NCBI RefSeq assembly: GCF_036971445.1
Contig: NC_091473.1
Span: forward strand, 9,238,001 to 9,302,000
Direction of reading: 5' to 3'
Length of the DNA stretch: 64,000 nucleotides
Source: Narcine bancroftii
Lineage: Eukaryota
Positions 10,999 to 22,392 of this stretch are shown here, one piece after another (the first letter of the stretch is position 1; the number at the start of each line of letters is the position of its first letter). Below the pieces are notes generated by a model. The model was not told the origin of the DNA and did no database searches. It saw only the letters and a program-made list of their open reading frames with translations. The position numbers and the translations under genes are program-made.

Positions 10999-12455
10999 CT
11001 CTGTGATATGCTTGAAAGATAATATGTAATTATCTTTATGTCAGTGTATAGGCATAGAACAGTGCAGCACAGAAATGGGCCCTTCTGCCTGTACATCTGT
11101 GCTAAATATGATGTACAAATCGGTGCTAAATATGATGTACAAATCGAACGAACAATATTTCCTCCATTCCTGTTCAAAGTTGTGATATTCTTGTGTGTGT
11201 ACTGTCTGTGCAAGCATAAAGTATGAAACATTCCTCTAGTTATTGTGTGAAAAAAAAATTGATGATTGGATATCTGTTGCTACATAACTTTGAGGAGATT
11301 ACCATGTCCTATGCTTGATGTGTGTGTGCCTGTATGATCACAGCATTTGATACTTAGCACATAGTATCTGTTTTAACATATTTGCTTCGGAAAACATGGC
11401 CACATGTAATGATTTTAAAAAATATCCTTATTTTTGTGTTTTAAAGTTTCACATTGATCATGAACTGTTCTGTCGTATTGCTCACAGAAACATTGTGATC
11501 TTTTTTGTGAGTTCAGCCACACAGGCAATCTGTCTCTGCCATTGCTCAGGTGGTTTGATATAATTGTAAAGTAAATGTACAAATGTTGTAATAGTTGATT
11601 AACTCTTATCCTTGGGGATTGCCATAAGAGCTAACTGAAAAATAATAGGTGCCTAGTTTCGTTTTTGTCTAGTGGCTTAAAATTATTCTATCATATCGTA
11701 TGTTGAGTAAAAAATAGTATGTGTGATCTCGTGACATTAGGGAATATACGGTAGGTTTTTTTTTCAAAAACTGAAATTGATCATTGATCAATGTGTTCCT
11801 TTTGCTTTTTCATTTACAAAGTCTGCTGTCTGCTGCTATAATTCTTGGTTCTATAATTGAAAGTAGGTTGGTTGGAATGATACCTCCCAACCAACACGTG
11901 TAAGTCATTGTTCCCTGTTATGAAATGAAAAAAAACACATTTTCAAGAAAGGTTTTTTTTTTAAAATAAACGTACTTGGCTGTTCCAAAGTTTATTCCAT
12001 TAAGTTCCTGGCAGGCTTTCCATTTTGTAGCTCTTTTTAAAAATTGTACTCCAGCAAAGCTGGTGTACAGCCTATACAACTCATACAAAGTAATAATGTA
12101 CAATCGCTTCTTGTCCAGCCATAGTTTAGTTTTTATTGTCTCATTGTTGTTTTAAAATGTTCTCATGTCCTTATTCCTATCTATCTCTGTTATATTTTCA
12201 AGCCCTATAACCTTTAAGAACTGCATTCTGTGCTCTTCTATATCCCTGAATTCCTTTGCTCCAGCTTCACTAGCTTCGCCTTTGCTGGAATTCTCTCCCT
12301 AAATTTCTCTAATTCTTTGTTCTTTAGAATATTCCTCAGAGTGTAGATTTTAGGTCAAGGTTTTAGTTACTTGTCTAGGCACCTCTTTATATTGTTTATT
12401 TGGTTTGACAACTCTCCACTGAGGGATCTTTGCTAAAGTTATGAATTTTTGATTT

Positions 12456-12670
12456 AAAAAAAAATGCAGGCATACAGCACAGTAGCAGGCCATTTTGGCC
12501 CATGGGTTCGTACTGCCCAAATATGGTGGGAGGAATCCGGAGCCCCAGGGAAAACCCACGCAGACATGGGGAGAATGTACAAACTTCTCACAGACAGCAC
12601 GGGATTCGAACCCCGGTCCCAATTGCTGGCCCTGTAAAGGCATTGCACCAACTACTACACCTACTGTCCC
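12456..12670 (-). mobile_element. tRNA-derived V-SINE-like SINE
   Basis: B-box GGTTCGAATCC and V-domain-like core (tgtctgtgagaagtttgtacattctccccatgtctgcgtgggtttt). At least 6 copies in the window. Confidence 0.85.
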
Positions 12671-13359
12671 ACCCCTTATGCAAGTTGTTTTTTTGATGAT
12701 ACACTCCTTCCAATTTTGTTTGCACTAGACATCGAAGATTTTGCTTCCTGAACACTTTTGGGTGTATTTTATGGATTTTGGGCTGCTGATCACGAACATC
12801 ACCTATTGTGTACTTTTTTTTTCCAGATCTAACCTGTTTTTGTGATTTTTGTCATATGCTAAGCCTACTATTGCCCTCAAAGCAAGCTGTTTTGTTCAGT
12901 CCAAGCATGCCTGGGCGTGCAATCAGTACAAGTGCAATGCAAATTTTGTCAGGCCTGAGCATGCTTGATCAGGATAGATGCAGACAGGCTATAAAAGCAG
13001 CTCACATATACAGATACTGTGCATTACATTGATTATAGATTGAATACATGTTGATGCATGTGTTCTTCAAGCAATAGCACTTAACAATAGCATTTATTGT
13101 CTTCAGGAATCCAGTACAGCAGAAATGTCTCATCAGTGTCACAACAGCTGCAATTCATTCTGTTACACTTGTGGTGTCACCAGGATATTGCAGCTATGGA
13201 ATATGGTATCAGGACAACTGGAATCCATCAGTGCTGGCCAACTACTGAGAGGCATCAGATTCTGACTACAAACAAAAATATGCGGAAAAATCATTGTTAG
13301 GTCAGTTGAACTAATGCATTGCATCAGCATCATTATGCAGTTAAACTCTGCGGCTCGCT

Positions 13360-13905
13360 ACAACAATAACACCATCTATAAATTCGTGGACAGTTGTGGG
13401 TTGTATTAAAAGAAGTGATGAATCACCATACAGGAGGGAGATTGAAAACTTGGCCAAATGGTGCACCAACCGTAACCTCCCATTCATTGTCACCAAAACT
13501 GATTGTTGACTTCAGGAAGGGAAAACCAAATGTACGATCCAGTGATCATTGGGGGATCAGAGGTGGAGAAGGAGTCACTATCTTGGAGGATCTTTCCTGG
13601 AGCCAACACACAAATGGCATCGTGAAGAATGCTTCCTCAGGAGTTTGTAAAGGTTTGGTATGATACCAGAAACCTTGGCAAATTTCTACAGATGCGTGCT
13701 GACTGGCTGTATCGTGGTCTGGTATGGGGACACCAATACCCCTGAGCGTAAAGCCCTGCAAAGGTTAGTGGACACAGCCCAGGACATTACAGGTGAAACC
13801 CTCCCCACATCGAGAACATCTGCAGGGAACACTGCTGTCGGAGAGCAGCAGCAACCTTCAAGGAGCCACACCACCCAGCACACGGTCTGTCCTCGCTGCT
13901 GCCAT
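13360..13905 (+). mobile_element. Rex1/Babar-like LINE RT 3' fragment, decayed
   Basis: Peptides LIVDFRK and LANFYRCVLTGCIVVWYG; frameshifted. Confidence 0.75.
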
Positions 13906-14643
13906 CGGAGAAGAGTTAATTTAATGTTTCCTCAACTTTCTGCATGATACAGCAAATCTGAAATTATCTGACATTGTGTTTAGCTTGAAGTTGCCCATCA
14001 CAATCCCCAAATTTTTTTTCAGAAAGCAAATGTTTTGAAAAAAAATTGTTGTCCAGGGTTATTTGAAGCAGCAAGCGATACATTAATTTTTAAATTTTTT
14101 TTCATGAATTCAATTTTTGATCACACTTTTACTTTTTTATAATTTCTTTTTCATGTTCCAACAGATTTTGGATCATTCCTCAGTCCTATTTTGTTGTTTT
14201 GAAAGGCTGTCCAGACATTGATCACTTAGTTTTTGTGAAGGAAAACAGACTTTTGTCATAAATCTGCATAAATTTTCACATGTGAATCTTGTGCGTTAAG
14301 TTGATCATTCACTTTGCGGAAACGTGACATTAATATTGACAACTTTTCTATGTTTTAACAAAGCAAGAATTACAGAAGAAATTAAGACATATGGAGATTG
14401 GGGTGGTAAATTAATAAAAGAAAGAATAAAAATGTTTTACAAAACATGATCTTTGTTTTGTAAAACATTTTTATTTATTTCTTTTATTAACTTACCACCC
14501 TCTTCATTGCCTTGTTATGTGATTGAGTTCTGCAGTATAAAACATCCTAAAATCCTGTTTTTTTTGAATGGTTGGTGAATGATTCAAATTCATTGGGGGA
14601 GGGGAGGTGGTAGGAGAGGTGAAGCAATCACTGGCTATGATAA

Positions 14644-15410
14644 GCCCCCTTCACACTTGCATCCCAGTAAATCGGCCATTCAGTGTCCCGGGATAGGAAT
14701 GGGGATTTGGCCTTTCACACTAGACCACTCCTAACTGGAAACCTGAATGCTTTCACATTTGCAAGGGTTTATCCCCGGCGTTTAGTCTGCTCTAGTTGAG
14801 GCAGTTTTCCTTCCCAAGATCGTGTTATATGGCGAGCTCTCCACTGGCCACCGTGACAGAGGTGCACCAAAGAAAAGGTACAAGGACTGCCTAAAGAAAT
14901 CTCTTGGTGCCTGCCACATTGACCACCGCCAGTGGGCTGATATCGCCTCAAACCATGCATCTTGGCGCCTCACAGTTTGGCGGGCAGCAACCTCCTTTGA
15001 AGAAGACCGCAGAGCCCACCTCACTGACAAAAGGCAAAGGAGGAAAAACCCAACACCCAACCCCAACCAACCAATTTTCCGCTGCAACCGTGTCTGCCTG
15101 TCCCGCATCGGACTTGTCAGCCACAAACGAGCCTGCAGCTGACGTGGACATTTACCCCCTCCATAAATCTTCGTCCGCGAAGCCAAGCCAAAGAAAGTCT
15201 GCTCTACCTTTAATAGGAAGTGCCTGCAATGCAATTGCCCATTTCACACTTGCCTGACCTCAACGCTGGCGTCTGCAGATACTAAGGGCTGAGGCCGGCA
15301 ATCCCCAGCGTGAGATGATGTCATCTGACGCTGACGTTGAGCAGATTTTGCTTTCACATGGCACTTGAAAGGCCAATTGGCGTTTGATTCCTGACAAGTG
15401 TGAAAGGGGC
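14644..15410. mobile_element. Harbinger-like MITE interrupted by an RTE insertion
   Basis: TIRs gcccccttcacacttg / caagtgtgaaaggggc (1 mismatch), flanks taa/tat, internal ttcacac repeats. Confidence 0.75.
14795..15195 (+). mobile_element. RTE-clade LINE 3' fragment nested in the MITE
   Basis: LPKIVLYGELSTGHRDRGAPKKRYKD to HKRACS*. 11-bp TSD agtctgctcta at 14784-14794 and 15196-15206. Confidence 0.9.
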
Positions 15411-15524
15411 TATGGTTTAATTTCAAAGGAGCAATGTTGTACTCTGAGATTCTGGCAGTGACTTTCAAACCTAATTTCTACAAGCATTTTTAATTAAGGC
15501 AGGTTAAGTAAACTGGAGTTAAAG

Positions 15525-15864
15525 CAGTGGTTCCCAACTTTTCTCTTTCCACTCACATCCCACTTTAAGTATTCCCTATGCCAAAGGTGCTCTGTGATTA
15601 TTAAGGGAAAAAGTTTGAAAACCACTGTTTTAATTGTCCCTAATTGACTCGTTATGTGCACAGTTTCAGAACTCCAATGGGCCAATGACAAATTTTCTCA
15701 AGCAAAATATTTCAGTAACAATTGGGTTTGGAGCAGTGATTCTCAACCTTCCCTTCCCACCCACATCCCACCTTAAACAATCCTTTACTAATCACAGAGA
15801 GCCGATGGCATAGGGGAGACTTAAAGTGGGATGTGAGTGGAAAGAAAAAGGTTGAGAATCACTG
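15525..15864. mobile_element. hAT/Charlie-type MITE (dimer form)
   Basis: CAGTGGTTCCCAAC / GTTGAGAATCACTG ends. Perfect TSD agttaaag at 15517-15524 and 15865-15872. Confidence 0.9.
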
Positions 15865-17476
15865 AGTTAAAGCAAGACTGGAATATTAAAATAGCTTTAA
15901 TACTTTGTGAGATTCAGTCATTTGTGCTCTTATTCAGTTTCCTGCTTCAGATCTCTTTCTGGTCATGTCATTTGACCTCTCATGTCATCCTATATGGGCC
16001 AGAAATATCAAGGCACAATTTTAATGTTGGAAAGTGCTGGGTCACTCTTGATATTAATGTATTCAGTCATACAGTACTAAATGAAATGTATCTTATTAAG
16101 ACCCAGTTATTTGTTACTGTCACCCAGCACTAAACAAGCACTAGATCATTCAGAAACACTAATCACAAGTAGCTCAATAATCTCTAGCTCATTTAAACTC
16201 TGAAGATTTCCTGTTCAATGACATTTTTTTGTTCCAATACAGCAGCATATTGCTAGCACATGACACTGAAGTCCATCTTAGCCATAAAGAGTTCATTTCA
16301 TCCCAGCTTATTTGTGAAGTCCTGCTGAACAGCTATGATGAGCAGCATTGAGTGGTTTGTGCAGTAAAAAGTGTTACACTGTTAGTTTCATTTGAACAGG
16401 ATATGATGATGTGGTCAGCGATATAGCATGTCGACAAACTGGTTATTTGGTTGGTTATAGTATTTGGAGAATAATTCATTGTTAATATGCTCAGGAGAGG
16501 CAGGTAGTAAGGTATATATTATATTTACTGATTGCACTTGGCATCTGGGTGATAGGTACTGACATTCTGTAGGTCAGGCAGAGTAACATTGTTGTTTGCT
16601 TTGGTGTTTTGCCCAGTGACTTATCAAGTTGGCACTTGAACAGAATTGATCTATGAATAGAGTGCAGCTGTTGTTTAGCTGCTTTACCAGTCTGACACTG
16701 TGATAATGCAGTCCAACCTCAATTTAAATTTTTTTCACCAACCCAGCTCAAAAAGATCTAAGCTGATTGCTTGAAGTGTACCTATGATTGACTAGCCCTG
16801 AGAATTTTTTACAATAATAATGATTAGGAATAGCAATAATTACAACAATCTCACACCACCTAGCATGGCTAAGAAGTTTGTCTAGGAGACAAATTCAACT
16901 TAAGAATTATTGCGGAAGTGGAAATATATGTTCAAAGTTCCTGTACAAAACATATTGATATGCCTATTTTAGAAAATCTGGTGATAATTATCATCGTAAA
17001 AAGCGATTTGAGTTCAGCTGGATGGACCATATTTCACTACTAATTGTGTATTTGGAAGTACAAATCTCAGCTGAATTGAAAAAAAACCTGATAATCGCAA
17101 TGGAAAATGAATTACTTTTGAGACCACTTCATTCCTAACTTCGATAATGTTAATAGCATGCAACAAATGTAAATAAATAAACCAGAAAATGCTGGGAAAC
17201 ACTCAGCAGGCCAGGCCGAGAAAGAGGAACAGTCTCGGGTTTGAAACATCAATTTATTCTCCCTCAAAGATGGTGTTAATTGAGGCCAGCTGAGGAAGAT
17301 ATGTATCAAAATGGGTCAGAAAGCATTCTCAACAATTTCTGCATCAGAATCTTCTCCCTGATGGCACAATCTGTGTGACAATGTCAAAATTGCCTATTCA
17401 GTGAAGCTCTCCTGTCTACAAATATTATTGTAACTCTGGTTAATGGATTTTTATTTCTTCTTTCAGGAATAGCAGG

Positions 17477-19014
17477 ATGGGTCTGGACTTTGATGTGAAA
17501 ACATTTTGTCACAACCTGCGTGCTACTAAGCCTCCGTATGAGTGTCCTGTGGAGAGCTGTCGGAAAATTTACAAAAGTTACAGTGGCATTGAATACCACT
17601 TGTACCATTATGACCATGACAACCCCGCTCAGCAGACTCCAGTGCGGAAACCCAAGAAGAAGGGTAGAAACTCACGGACAGGCACACAGCAGTCTCCAAG
17701 CCCATCGGAGATCTCTCAGTCACCAAGCCGGGAGATGCTGACATATGCTCAGGCACAGCGTTTGGTAGAGGTGGATATTGAAGGACGACTGCACAGGATT
17801 AGCATTTTTGATAATCTGGAGGTCCTTTCTGAGGATGACACAACAGCAGAGGATATTGTTGAGTGCAACAGTAACAAGGAGAATGCAGAGACATTGACTG
17901 CAACTCCAAAAGCCAACAAGCATAAAAACAAAGACAAGCGCAAGGACTCTAGCCATAACACCCCTGCTTCTGCCACCAAACTGCCTGAAGTGATCTATCG
18001 TGAAATTGACCACAGTGCGTCAGATGCCCCTCCTCGACCGTTGTCCTATTATCGCTACATTGAAAAGTCAGTTGAAGAACTGGATGAGGAAGTCGAATAT
18101 GACATGGATGAGGAAGATTATGTGTGGCTAGACATAATGAATGAGAAGAGAAAAATTGAAGGTGTGAACTTCATCCCACAGGAAGTGTTTGAGTATCTCA
18201 TGGATCGGCTGGAGAAAGAATCATACTTTGAAAGTCATAACAAGGGAGATCCAAATACATTGATCGATGAAGATGCCGTTTGTTGTATTTGTAATGATGG
18301 AGAATGCCAAAATAGTAATGTCATTCTTTTCTGTGACATGTGTAACTTGGCTGTTCACCAAGAGTGCTATGGGGTTCCCTATATCCCCGAGGGACAGTGG
18401 CTGTGCCGCAGGTGTCTACAGTCACCATCAAGAGCAGTGGACTGTGCCTTATGTCCCAACAAGGGAGGTGCATTTAAACAGACGGACGATGGGCGCTGGG
18501 CACATGTGGTGTGTGCCCTGTGGATCCCAGAAGTGTGCTTTGCAAACACTGTTTTCTTAGAGCCAATTGACAGTATTGAGCACATCCCACCAGCACGTTG
18601 GAAGTTGACTTGTTATATCTGTAAACAGCGGGGATCAGGAGCATGCATTCAGTGTCACAAAGCCAACTGTTACACAGCATTCCATGTCACCTGCGCACAG
18701 CAGGCAGGACTGTACATGAAGATGGAGCCCGTGCGGGAAACTGGGGCAAATGGCACCTCATTCAGCGTACGGAAAACAGCTTACTGTGACATTCATACTC
18801 CACCTGGGTCAGTACGCAAGGCTCCTGCTCTCTCCCACAGTGAGGGTGAGGACGAGGATGATGACGAAGGAGAGGATGGGAAGGGACCCAGTTCGGAAAA
18901 AGTCAAAAAAGCCAAAGCTAAGTCAAGGTTAAAAATGAAGAAGGCACGGAAGATCCTAGCAGAAAAACGGGCTGCGGCACCTGTGGTTTCAGTTCCCTGT
19001 ATTCCACCTCACAG
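17477..19014 (+). CDS. BRPF1: BRPF1 (peregrin) coding exon 1: C2H2 finger, EPC-N, PHD-Zn knuckle-PHD
   Basis: Acceptor tttcAG at 17465-17466, ATG at 17477, donor AG|GTAAGC at 19015. Reads [24 protein letters not shown]...[31 protein letters not shown]...IPPHR. Confidence 0.97.
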
Positions 19015-19084
19015 GTAAGCCTGTTAAAATGCATTCACTTGATTTATGTTGTTAAAGAGGAGGGTTTGCAGATGCTGGGATAAT

Positions 19085-19219
19085 AGTGCAATACACAAAG
19101 GTGCTGGAGAAACTCAGCAGGCCCTGCAGCATTTATAGGCCTGAAACAATGATTACCCTTGACTTCCTATAGATGCTGCAAGGCCTGCTGAGATCTCCAG
19201 CACTTTTGTGTATTGCACT
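19085..19219. repeat. Fold-back (palindromic) Penelope-end-derived element
   Basis: ~54-bp arms (agtgcaatacacaaaggtgctggagaaactcagc... / ...gctgagatctccagcacttttgtgtattgcact) with about 4 differences. Confidence 0.8.
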
Positions 19220-19576
19220 TGATTTGTACTTGACATGGATTTGTATTCAGTTTGATGTTAGATAACAATACATAGCTAGATTATGAAATGAACTTTGTGG
19301 TTTGTGAACTAGTATAATTGTTGTTCAAAATCTTAGCTAACATGCTAGGAACAGCTGTTATATACGCACTACAATATTATACTATAACATTGTAGGCAAA
19401 GAATTACTCGCAATAGTTTTGTTTCCTGCTGTTGTAATGTCAATTCAGGAAACCCTCAAATGCTTTATACTTGGCAATATTACCTGAAGATGCCGTTAAT
19501 GCTGGCACAGCACTGTCCGGACAATACTTGTGAACTTTCTTTGTCTCAAAGTTATCAGGAAAATATACTGCTATCA

Positions 19577-19947
19577 TCTTTTCTTTGGCTTGGCTTCGCG
19601 GACAAAGATTTATGGAGGGGTAATGTCCACGTCAGCTGCAGGCTCGTTTGTGGCTGACAAAACCGATGCGGGACAGGCAGACACGGTTGCAGGGGAAAAA
19701 TGGTTGGTAGGGGTTGGGTGTTGGGTTTTTCCTCCTTTGTCTTTCGTCAGTGAGGTGGGCTCTGCGGTCTTCTTCAAAGGAGGTTGCTGCCCGCCGAACT
19801 GTGAGGCGCCAAGATGCACGGTTGGAGGCGAGATCAGCCCACTGGCGGTGGTCAATGGGGCAGGCACCAAGAGATTTCTTTAGGCAGTCTTTGTACCTCT
19901 TCTTTGGTGCACCTCTGTCACGGTGGCCAGTGGAGAGCTCGCCATAT
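19577..19947 (-). mobile_element. RTE-clade LINE 3' fragment
   Basis: Same family as 10607-10998 (YGELSTGHRDRGAPKKRYKD to HKRACS*). Confidence 0.88.
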
Positions 19948-20198
19948 CTTAAGTACTGGGAAAAACAATGTTGTTGTCTTTGGACTCTTTCCACACATTG
20001 CTTTCACCAGTCACTGACTTTAATCCCTCTCCCAGCAACTATCTGATATCAATCCGGGGCAGTAAGATTTTTTTATACTAATCTAGACTGTGGAATCTTT
20101 GTCATGTTTGCTTTTGAAACTCTCATCTATGTCTTACAATCTCTCCCAAACTTTAGCCCTTCTTCTCCCTCCAGATTCCTCCAGCTCTGTAAGATCTT

Positions 20199-20318
20199 TG
20201 AGGCCATTACCTCTGACCAATATGAGGCCATTACCTCTGACCAATATGAGGCCATTACCTCTGACCAATATGAGGCCATTACCTCTGACCAATATGAGGC
20301 CATTACCTCTGACGAATA
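20199..20318 (+). repeat. Minisatellite, 5 x 24 bp
   Basis: Unit tgaggccattacctctgaccaata; the last copy has one substitution. Confidence 0.95.
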
Positions 20319-22180
20319 TCAGCCTTCGAGCTATTTTTTCTGAACTTCCCCACCTTTTCTTTTTAAGGCATTTATTAAAACTTCTCTGAAGCAAATTTTT
20401 GACCATATGTTCTCCTGTTGCTTGATGTCAGATATTTTTTGATTACGTTTGTTTGGATATTTTGCTACATTATGTGTGCTGCTTTGCTTCTAATATCCAT
20501 ACATACTTTGAACTAAACATTTTGTTCATAATAAAGTGAAATTCTATAGTGTGCATTGTGCAAGAAATAAAGTACTGTAATTATGTATGAAAAGGAACCG
20601 AGCTTTCATAGACTAAAGCCTACAATAGCACATAGATGAAAGAACTTACTCCAAGAAGTCTGAATTAGTGATTGCATAATATTCCATTTGTTTTGAAATT
20701 GAAGTGGGGACACAGATATGTAGTGACTTTCAGTGTTCTTAATATTTTTGAAAAATATCTTTAGTATTGTTAGTTATAAAATATAGAATAGGAGAGCTGT
20801 TGGCCATGAGGATCACGACACACAGATTCTCAGGTATATTTTGAAATAGTGGAAGGCTGGCTGCGGATTATGGATCAGTGTAGGGTTCTGAATGTCATTT
20901 TATTATGCATCGAATGAGGTTTCAATTTCATTTAGAACTTGCTGTGGATTTTGTATTTCCAGTAGATAAATGAAGTCGATCCTTAGAAACTAGGGTGGGT
21001 TCAATCTCACATCTGACCTATTTATGAGGTGCCCCATGTTTCTGTCTAATGAACCTAGATCTGGCAAGACTTTGATAGATTAGTTCCTGAGGGAGGAAAA
21101 TTCTCACCTGGCCTTTTGACAACTTGCTGTTTTTAATTCTTTAATTTGAATTCTGTCTCCACTGGATTTATGATTTCAAGATTAGATAGATCAGCCTGGT
21201 TGGGAAAGATGGCCAGGTTGCAAATACAATAATTTTGACATGTTTTGTAAGCTTCTAATTGACTAAAGAAGTCTTAAAAATGTATTTTGTAGTATGTGTT
21301 ACAGTGCTCTCCCATGATATTGCATCCAGGGAAGAGTGAAACTCAAAAGTTTAAATTAATGGTCTTTTATTGAATGTTTATGGATATTTATATTTGGTTA
21401 CTTTTCATTAGATTGAGTGTTTTTTGCTCCCCTTCTAGAAAGCTGCACAGTTTTTAGTGAATCATTGGGTCTTGTATTTCCTAATCACATTGCTGTATGC
21501 GTTTTGACTAATCAGTTTGTAGCTTTGTATTGTTTCATCGTGTACAGTTTTTCCTATTCTTTGGATTAATTTAATGAATGCATTATGCAATCCTGCATAA
21601 TGCACAAAGAAGTAAAAATGAATAATTGAGGAGGCAGTTAAATACTGTGGGAGAACACAATCTTAATAGGAATGTGGAAAAACTAAACTCGTTCCACCAC
21701 TCTGAAAGATCTTGGCTAATCTATGAACCAACACCATTTCCTCATAAACAAAAAAAAACTTCATTTGTTCTACCCGCATATTGCACCATTCATTAGATTT
21801 AAAAGGGCCAAAGTGGCATTTGGCTTTCCATCAGTGTGCCCGTCACAGTTTTAAAAACACAAATTTTGACCAAAGAATTATGTTTTACTTTCTAACAGTA
21901 ACAACTTAGTGTAGGCGTTGTAATTTTCCTTTGAGTGGGGGAAAAAAAGAGTCAATCTGATCCAGATAAATTAAATATCCATAGACCTTAAAGCAAAAGT
22001 GGTATTTTGGTTGTCAGTCTTGTATGCAATTATTTTTCACTTTCATCCAGTCTAACCTGAGAAGTAACATGTGGTTTAAAGATTGGCTGGTAAGATTGAT
22101 TTAAAAAAAAAATTGATTTTGGGGGAAAAATATGATCAACATGTTGTAATTGTGGGTTAATGATAATAATTCAAAGGTGA

Positions 22181-22392
22181 GGCAGCATGATTGTGTGGCG
22201 GTTAGAGCAACGCTGATACAGTTCCAGCGATCAGGACATGGGTTCAAATCCCGTGCTGTCTGTAAGGAGTTTTGTATGTTCTCCCCATGTCTGCGTGGGT
22301 TTTCCCCGGGGGGTCTGGTTTCCTCCCACCCTTCAAAATGTACAGGGATTGTTGGTTAATGGGGTGTAATTGAGTGGCATGGACTCATGGGC
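22181..22392 (+). mobile_element. tRNA-derived V-SINE-like SINE
   Basis: A-box-like tggcggttagagc, B-box-like ggttcaaatcc, V-domain-like core. Confidence 0.82.

Noticed and set aside
11099-11146. 24-bp tandem duplication gtgctaaatatgatgtacaaatcg
   Set aside because: Ordinary slippage duplication with no sign of function.
14822-15142. 106-aa ORF with a Cys/His finger as a novel multicopy small-protein gene
   Set aside because: It is the C-terminus of an RTE reverse-transcriptase ORF. It lacks an ATG start and is flanked by TSDs.
20199-20318. CRISPR-like array
   Set aside because: Direct tandem repeats without spacers in a vertebrate intron.
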